DNA of 64,000 nucleotides from IMG/VR virus record IMGVR_UViG_3300031650_000001. One strand, given 5' to 3'. Shown one piece after another: positions 59,018 to 64,000 of the stretch. Every line of letters begins with the position of its first letter. The stretch's first letter is position 1. The notes under the pieces were generated by a model. The model saw only the letters and a list, made by a program, of their open reading frames with translations. It made no database searches and was not told the origin of the DNA. The position numbers and the translations under genes are program-made. The DNA is from an uncultured virus (IMG/VR IMGVR_UViG_3300031650_000001) (lineage: Duplodnaviria > Heunggongvirae > Uroviricota > Caudoviricetes).

Positions 59018-59727
59018 TGCTGGGGGTTCCTGACGGATGTGTCGATGGTGAGAGCGGTGATGTCTTCGATGCGTTCCACTTCCCCCCGCGTTAGCCCCAA
59101 CGGTCCCGGCTCCGGAACGAGGACTAGACTGTCGGCTAGATCCTGATCGATCGGCGCCCCATGCGTACCCGGGAGCGGACCCACCTTGTTCTGCCAGATC
59201 AGGGCGTCGTTGTCGCCTGGCGTCGCCGGCTCCTTCACTCCCCAATGCGGCGTCCAAAGATGCGTGTCGAGTACCCACTGCGGGCGGCCAAGTCGGACCC
59301 AATCGTACCGGGTGCAGTATGTCTGCGCCGCTCCGTAGTACTCCGTCAGCAGCGCGGAGAACTCCTGCGCGAGTGGAGACCATAGCGGCGTCGGATCGCG
59401 TTGCCCTTCCGGTGCCCCCGGGTCGTGCTCAATGTCACAACTTGGGATGATGTCGCCCGGCTCGTAGCCCACCGCGTCGTCCGCCGCGGCGAATGCGTCG
59501 AACTGATCGGCAACGGATTGGTGGGCACGAAAGAAGTGATATCCGCCGACGCTCCAAGCTTCGCGGCGCGCATGCCTGATGTGCTCGGCTGCGGCATGGT
59601 CGAAGGCGACCCCGTTCGTTAGCCGCACGATGATGAAGGTGACACCGGCTTCACTGAGCGCGGCATAGTCGAGGCCGCGGTTCCATTTGGATGCATCGAT
59701 CCCAAGGCGTGCGGATGGCGCGGTCAC
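59014..59727 (-). CDS. Endolysin, GH25 muramidase
   Basis: LGIDASKWN, GGYHFF, CDIE, IWQ, IDQD motifs. Confidence 0.9.
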   Translation of the reverse strand: MTAPSARLGIDASKWNRGLDYAALSEAGVTFIIVRLTNGVAFDHAAAEHIRHARREAWSVGGYHFFRAHQSVADQFDAFAAADDAVGYEPGDIIPSCDIEHDPGAPEGQRDPTPLWSPLAQEFSALLTEYYGAAQTYCTRYDWVRLGRPQWVLDTHLWTPHWGVKEPATPGDNDALIWQNKVGPLPGTHGAPIDQDLADSLVLVPEPGPLGLTRGEVERIEDITALTIDTSVRNPQQ

Positions 59728-60299
59728 GCTGCCCCCGGCGGCTCGGTGTCTGCGATCTCCAGTTCGCGCATCCGTTCGACCGCCGCATCAAACCACGCGC
59801 TGAGATCGACGAAGTACGGGCGCTGCTTCAAGTGCGCGTAGTCTCGCAGGTCCCGCTCCTTTGCGCGCACGAGTCCACCGGTCGTGTTGGCGTCGATGGT
59901 GAACAGCTGATGCCCGTCGCGCCGCACGAAGAGACAACCATGCTCAACGTGTGCACCGCCTTTGGAGTACGGGAAGATCACAGCGTCGGAGAGTTGCGGA
60001 TCCTTCGTTGTCGGCTCGTCACCGAAGACGCCGATGCAGTCACGCCAGACGCGGTCAGTGATGCCCTCTTCGATGAGCCAGGTCAGCAATGCGATCTGAC
60101 AGTAGGACTTACCTTTTCGCGCTGCCGGCGTCGGGTAGCAGGGTGCGGCCACGTCAAAGAAGTGATCGCCACCCTTGGTGCCGACGTAGCTCTGGGCACG
60201 AGCCAGCACCCGGGCGCGGAGGTCGGCGACGGTGGGCAGGTCGAGGGGGTAAACCTCGTCGACGGGCGGTGGACTGAGTCGGTCTGGCGGCCTATTCAT
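59724..60299 (-). CDS. CHAP-like cysteine peptidase/amidase
   Basis: VLARAQSYVG...SYCQ...EHGCLF...TIDANT. Confidence 0.6.
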   Translation of the reverse strand: MNRPPDRLSPPPVDEVYPLDLPTVADLRARVLARAQSYVGTKGGDHFFDVAAPCYPTPAARKGKSYCQIALLTWLIEEGITDRVWRDCIGVFGDEPTTKDPQLSDAVIFPYSKGGAHVEHGCLFVRRDGHQLFTIDANTTGGLVRAKERDLRDYAHLKQRPYFVDLSAWFDAAVERMRELEIADTEPPGAA

Positions 60300-60422
60300 G
60301 CAGAAACCTCGGCAAATCCTGGCCAAAAACTTTTTTCGCGTGCGGTGTCGATTGTGCTGGACCGTGCCGTACAAGTGCCGTATCCTCTGATCATGACGAC
60401 GACGGGAAACACGGAGGCCACC

Positions 60423-62016
60423 ATGAACACGACGATCACCGTTTCAGCCGAGCACGAGGGCAGCACCTACACCGCGAGCGCCGACTACGCGCACGCCAGC
60501 ACGCCTAAACTGGTTCAGTTCACCCGCGATGGGGAGCCGGCTGGCCACGGGATTCTGGCCTGGCAGACGATCGACACTCGGGAGAATCGCCGTCCGACCA
60601 CCGATGTCCCCGAGGATGCGATTGAGGCACTGGAGGACGCATTGCTGGCGGCCATGGGGCGTTACGCGCGCGAACACTCCTGAGACCGCACCCCCAACCC
60701 CGTCCAGCCCCGCACCGCAAGGCCGGGGCTTCGGCGGTAGGAGGCCACCATGACGCTATTCAACCCCGACACCGACAACCCCGGTCAGTGCAAGCACTGC
60801 AAGGCTTGGTTCACGCGCCGCGTTCCCGGCGACGAGGCTAGCAGTCGCGATCTAGAGCACCCCGAGTACTGCGCCGGATGCGCGGGCCACTTGTTCGGAG
60901 ATAGTGACCGCGGACCGACCATGGTTGTCCGCACCAATGAGAGCCACGACCCCAACGACTGGACGTTCCGCTGAAACGCCCCCGCCCCGTCCAGCCGCGC
61001 ACCCCCACCGGGCCGCGGCTCAGGGGCGTAGGAGGCACCGAATACCATGACCGAAACCAACTACGACCCTGCCAACCTGACCCCAACCGGCGAGCTCATC
61101 TACACCGATTTCGTGGACGTCCCCGAGCTCCTGGGCTGCGACACTGCCGCGGAGTACGAGGCCGAATGCAACCTGCTCGACGACTGCTACACCCGCGGGT
61201 GTAGAGGCACGCCGTACACGATCTGGGCCCGACCGCCCTACGGTGGGGAGGCAGCTGGCGCGTACGCCGTCACGGGCAACGACCTGCAGATCCTTGGCGG
61301 CTCGATCCCAGTGCCCGAGGACGTGGCCGAGATCATGCGCGCGGCGTGGGAGGAATACTGCGCGATGCCGAGGGACGACGAGTAGACCAATGCCCGAAAC
61401 CCTCACCGAACTCGCCGTGACCCTGGACAGCATCCCACCGCCTACCCGACAGCAACGCGAGGACCAGGCCCGGCGCGATCAAGAAACCCAAGACCGGATC
61501 GACGCCTGGCACGCCAACCGCCGCTTGCACTGCCCGGAGGAGTACGACGGCAACGGCAACCATCTGCCGTTCGGGAGCTTCTGCTGAACCCACCCCACCC
61601 CGCTCCACCCCGGCACCCGAGAGGGCCCGGGGCTGGGGCGGTGAACGACAGCAGATCTAGGATCTAGGAGGGTTTCGCCATGCGATGCGGTTGAAAGACC
61701 CGCCCCGTTCAGCCCGCCCGGTTTCGACTCGGCGGGCTTTCCGGGTAGGAGATAACGAACCATGACCATCGACGATCGCCTAGCCGCCCAAGACGCCCCG
61801 ACCGTGCGCGTGCAGCCGGCCGAAACCCTGACCCTCGGCACCGAATACCTGACCATGTGTACCGAGGCCCTCGGCTGCGAGCCGCTCACCGTCACCGACC
61901 ACCGAGACGACCCCGACGCTCTGGAGTGCTACGCCGTGTGGGATCCCGAGTCCGGTGACAGCCCCGACGAGGCTGCCGAGGACGCGGTCCAGACCGTGAG
62001 GCGGTGGCAGCGATGA
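60423..62016 (+). other. Inserted plus-strand cassette of five small ORFs separated by repeated hairpins
   Basis: ORFs 60423-60683, 60750-60974, 61047-61385, 61390-61587 and 61762-62016, mostly with a strong RBS. Confidence 0.7.
60698..61751 (+). repeat. Four related intergenic hairpin elements
   Basis: CCCCG-TCC-AGCC..stem-loop..GGCT-..GG-TAGGAG consensus at 60698-60745, 60985-61036, 61598-61643 (no RBS) and 61703-61751. Confidence 0.75.
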
Positions 62017-62204
62017 CCCTCCGCAAGCCCCCACCCAAGCCGGAGCCGCTGGACGGCCGGGTAGAGATTCGGGCCACGGCCGAGGAGACTCGCCGTTGGC
62101 GAATACTGGCCCGGGCCGATGGTCGGAGCCTGAGCAACTGGATCCGGGTCAAACTGAACCGGGAGACGGACCTGGTCCCGTACGGACTGGGCGACAAGCC
62201 CTAG
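62013..62204 (+). CDS. Ribbon-helix-helix DNA-binding protein
   Basis: RVEIRATAEETRRWRILARADGRSLSNWIR. Confidence 0.7.
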   Translation: MTLRKPPPKPEPLDGRVEIRATAEETRRWRILARADGRSLSNWIRVKLNRETDLVPYGLGDKP

Positions 62205-62219
62205 CCCCTAAGCCGCCCC

Positions 62220-63065
62220 CTAACGCCGTTTCGCCCCGGACGACCTAGCGCCCGCCGGACCTGCCCAGAGGACGACAGCCGGCGGCACAGGGGCGGGACC
62301 GGGGAGACCCACGGGACCGGCGTCCAGTGCGCTGGCGTTCAGGGATGGGGCGGAGGGCCGGGACATGATGCGCAGCTCGAGAGCTATCAGCGCGTCGCCG
62401 TGCAATCCTCTGCCGATGCCTCGCCATGCCCTGTGGTAGGTAGCGAGGCGGGCAGTCACCCAGGACTGCTCAACCAAATCGCACCGAGACCCGGATCCGT
62501 AGCTGGAAATAGCACTGGCAAACCACTTGCCGCCATGTGATCGGCAGCGGCATCGGGCACGGGTCAGCAGGATCGCCCCGGCACGGTAGCAGCGCTCCAA
62601 AGCGTCGGTTCCACCCACTAGGTCATCGAGCCGGTACCCGGTGACTCCAACCGAATCCGGGTGGATCTGGACCGAGCAAACCTCGCCCGCTGCCCCGCGG
62701 AGCTCTCCCGTCTCCACCACTGACCATAGGCCAGATTCGTGCCGAGCGATGGTGGCGAGCGTAGCCACCATCTCAGCTGTAGAGCCACCCCACGATGGCG
62801 GCGGGTCGACGGCTACGCTGGCAATGGCCTCGGCGTGCAGGACGTAGCGCGAGAGCCCCTCTGCCCTGGTTTCCGCCCTGGTCCAGCCAAGCCAGGACGC
62901 TCCGCGGGACGAGTAATCTAGTCTCGGTGCCCACAGATCACCCGATGGCGCCCACTGCCGCACCTCCGGATACGAGGGTACGCGGCTCATGTCCGTCACC
63001 CCGGGATGCGCTATCGCCAGGATCGCCTCTAGCGCGAGGCGAATCGTCCCACCAAGACAAGCCAT
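62220..63065 (-). CDS. Lytic transglycosylase/lysozyme-fold-like protein
   Basis: TIARHESG...GEVCSVQIH...AISSYGSG pattern. Confidence 0.5.
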   Translation of the reverse strand: MACLGGTIRLALEAILAIAHPGVTDMSRVPSYPEVRQWAPSGDLWAPRLDYSSRGASWLGWTRAETRAEGLSRYVLHAEAIASVAVDPPPSWGGSTAEMVATLATIARHESGLWSVVETGELRGAAGEVCSVQIHPDSVGVTGYRLDDLVGGTDALERCYRAGAILLTRARCRCRSHGGKWFASAISSYGSGSRCDLVEQSWVTARLATYHRAWRGIGRGLHGDALIALELRIMSRPSAPSLNASALDAGPVGLPGPAPVPPAVVLWAGPAGARSSGAKRR

Positions 63066-63294
63066 TCGCGGACCCTAACACAGGGGCGGAGCGGCGCAGA
63101 TATCCGAGCGTCCCCGGTCCCGCTGCGCCATCGGGGGAGTCTGCGGATCCGGCCGTATAGGGCCGGACATTCCCAGGGCAAGGGTGATCTGTATTTGGCC
63201 CGGTCTAAGGCGGAACCGGTACACAAATGCCGCGATTTGCCGCGGGCGTGACCGATCTGCTGAGGGCCCCGGTCTAAGCGAGCGGCCGGACAAC

Positions 63295-63323
63295 TTGACC
63301 CCGGCCGGCCAGTGCCTTAGACT
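63295..63323 (+). promoter_or_regulatory. Sigma-70-type promoter
   Basis: TTGACC-17 nt-TAGACT upstream of the Zn-finger ORF. Confidence 0.6.
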
Positions 63324-63344
63324 AGTGGCGTGAGGTTGCTCAAG

Positions 63345-63593
63345 ATGAACCCGACCCGACAGCCGCCACCGGCCCCGACCGTGCTCTGCGATGAGTGCGG
63401 TTCGGCCATGGTGCTGTCGGTGGGGCCCGGGCGCATGCGGGACTACCGCGGCCGGTCCGGGTACGAACTCCCGGCCGATCTCGCTTTCCCACGGTGCCCC
63501 GAGTGCGGAGCCGAGTGGATGACGTCGTCGCAAATCGACCGGCTGTCGGAGCACCTCGAACGGCAGCGGCGTCGGCGGATCAGGGCGATCTAA
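63345..63593 (+). CDS. YgiT/MqsA-type zinc-finger protein (standalone)
   Basis: CDECGSAM...RCPECGAEWMT...IDRL. Confidence 0.65.
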   Translation: MNPTRQPPPAPTVLCDECGSAMVLSVGPGRMRDYRGRSGYELPADLAFPRCPECGAEWMTSSQIDRLSEHLERQRRRRIRAI

Positions 63594-64000
63594 CCCCGCC
63601 GCAACGCCTGCGCATCCGCGATCAGTTGTGCGGTGTCGCACATGCTCGGGGAGAGGTCGTCGGGTCCGGTCCAGTCGTACCGCGGGACCAGGACGTACGC
63701 CTCGTCTAGAAATTTTGCGGCGAACTGATGAGTCATCTGCTGCCGGCGCGCCCACGTGATACACTCCCATACGTGCGCCGATCGTCGGACCAGAATCGAA
63801 GCATGTCCGCCCCAACCTCCGGCGGCTCCACTCGTATCGGCCCAGATCGATTCATGCTTGGCACTCAGCGGCAGCCGGAGCCCGCAATAAATCGCTCCGA
63901 AGATATCCAGCGCCCGCATCATCGTTGGGATGTCGTCCGGGTCGATCTCCGCGAACGCTTCGCCCACGTGACCGCCGATGCCTTCACTGCAATACAGTTT
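63590..64000 (-). CDS. Papain-like (C1-type) peptidase, C-terminal part (runs off right edge)
   Basis: Frame open to 64000; GWGGHASILV...CITW...MTHQFAAKFLDEAYV. Confidence 0.55.
   Translation of the reverse strand, partial: KLYCSEGIGGHVGEAFAEIDPDDIPTMMRALDIFGAIYCGLRLPLSAKHESIWADTSGAAGGWGGHASILVRRSAHVWECITWARRQQMTHQFAAKFLDEAYVLVPRYDWTGPDDLSPSMCDTAQLIADAQALRRG

Noticed and set aside
63029..63290. Small minus-strand ORF upstream of the transglycosylase-like gene
   Set aside because: Two competing frames, neither with a clear RBS or motif
1..64000. Integrase, CI repressor, tRNA/rRNA genes, reverse transcriptase (DGR/retron), transposase
   Set aside because: No recognisable motifs by eye; absence is not proven without HMM and tRNAscan searches, and part of the genome lies outside the window

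Overview
The window is most of one GC-rich tailed phage genome; no host housekeeping genes are visible. The minus-strand late module has a lambda-like head/packaging set (TerS, gpA-type TerL, gpW, portal, S49 protease with nested scaffold, decoration protein, gpE-type capsid) and a Mu-like contractile tail (sheath, tube, chaperone, tape measure, gp43-gp48, fibres). It runs off the left edge and apparently re-enters at the right edge as a lysis/peptidase cluster. A mirror-image promoter pair at ~46.8-46.9 kb separates a leftward arm (Cro-like HTH, ParB-like proteins, replication initiator, DnaC-like loader, split DNA methyltransferase, RusA-like, Q-like) from a rightward arm (many small ORFs, YqaJ exonuclease plus annealing protein, Lar-like). 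No integrase or CI-type repressor was recognised. A Cys/Gly-rich lipoprotein and a sigma70-region-4 protein suggest a myxobacterial host (inference). The standout feature is a solitary Cas7/RAMP-like gene (29039-29719). It is followed directly by a ~545-bp non-coding array of 14 units, each an 8-nt GTC-led motif plus 5-8 G-R-N-N-N pentamers, with unit lengths 5n+3 in 13 of 14 cases. This is a candidate non-CRISPR RNA-guided system. Other notable items: a methyltransferase split into two ORFs by an HNH gene, two copies of a structured RNA-like element, a hairpin-punctuated gene cassette inside the lysis module, and one beta-rich domain inserted in three virion proteins. All calls come from reading motifs by eye; no database searches were run.
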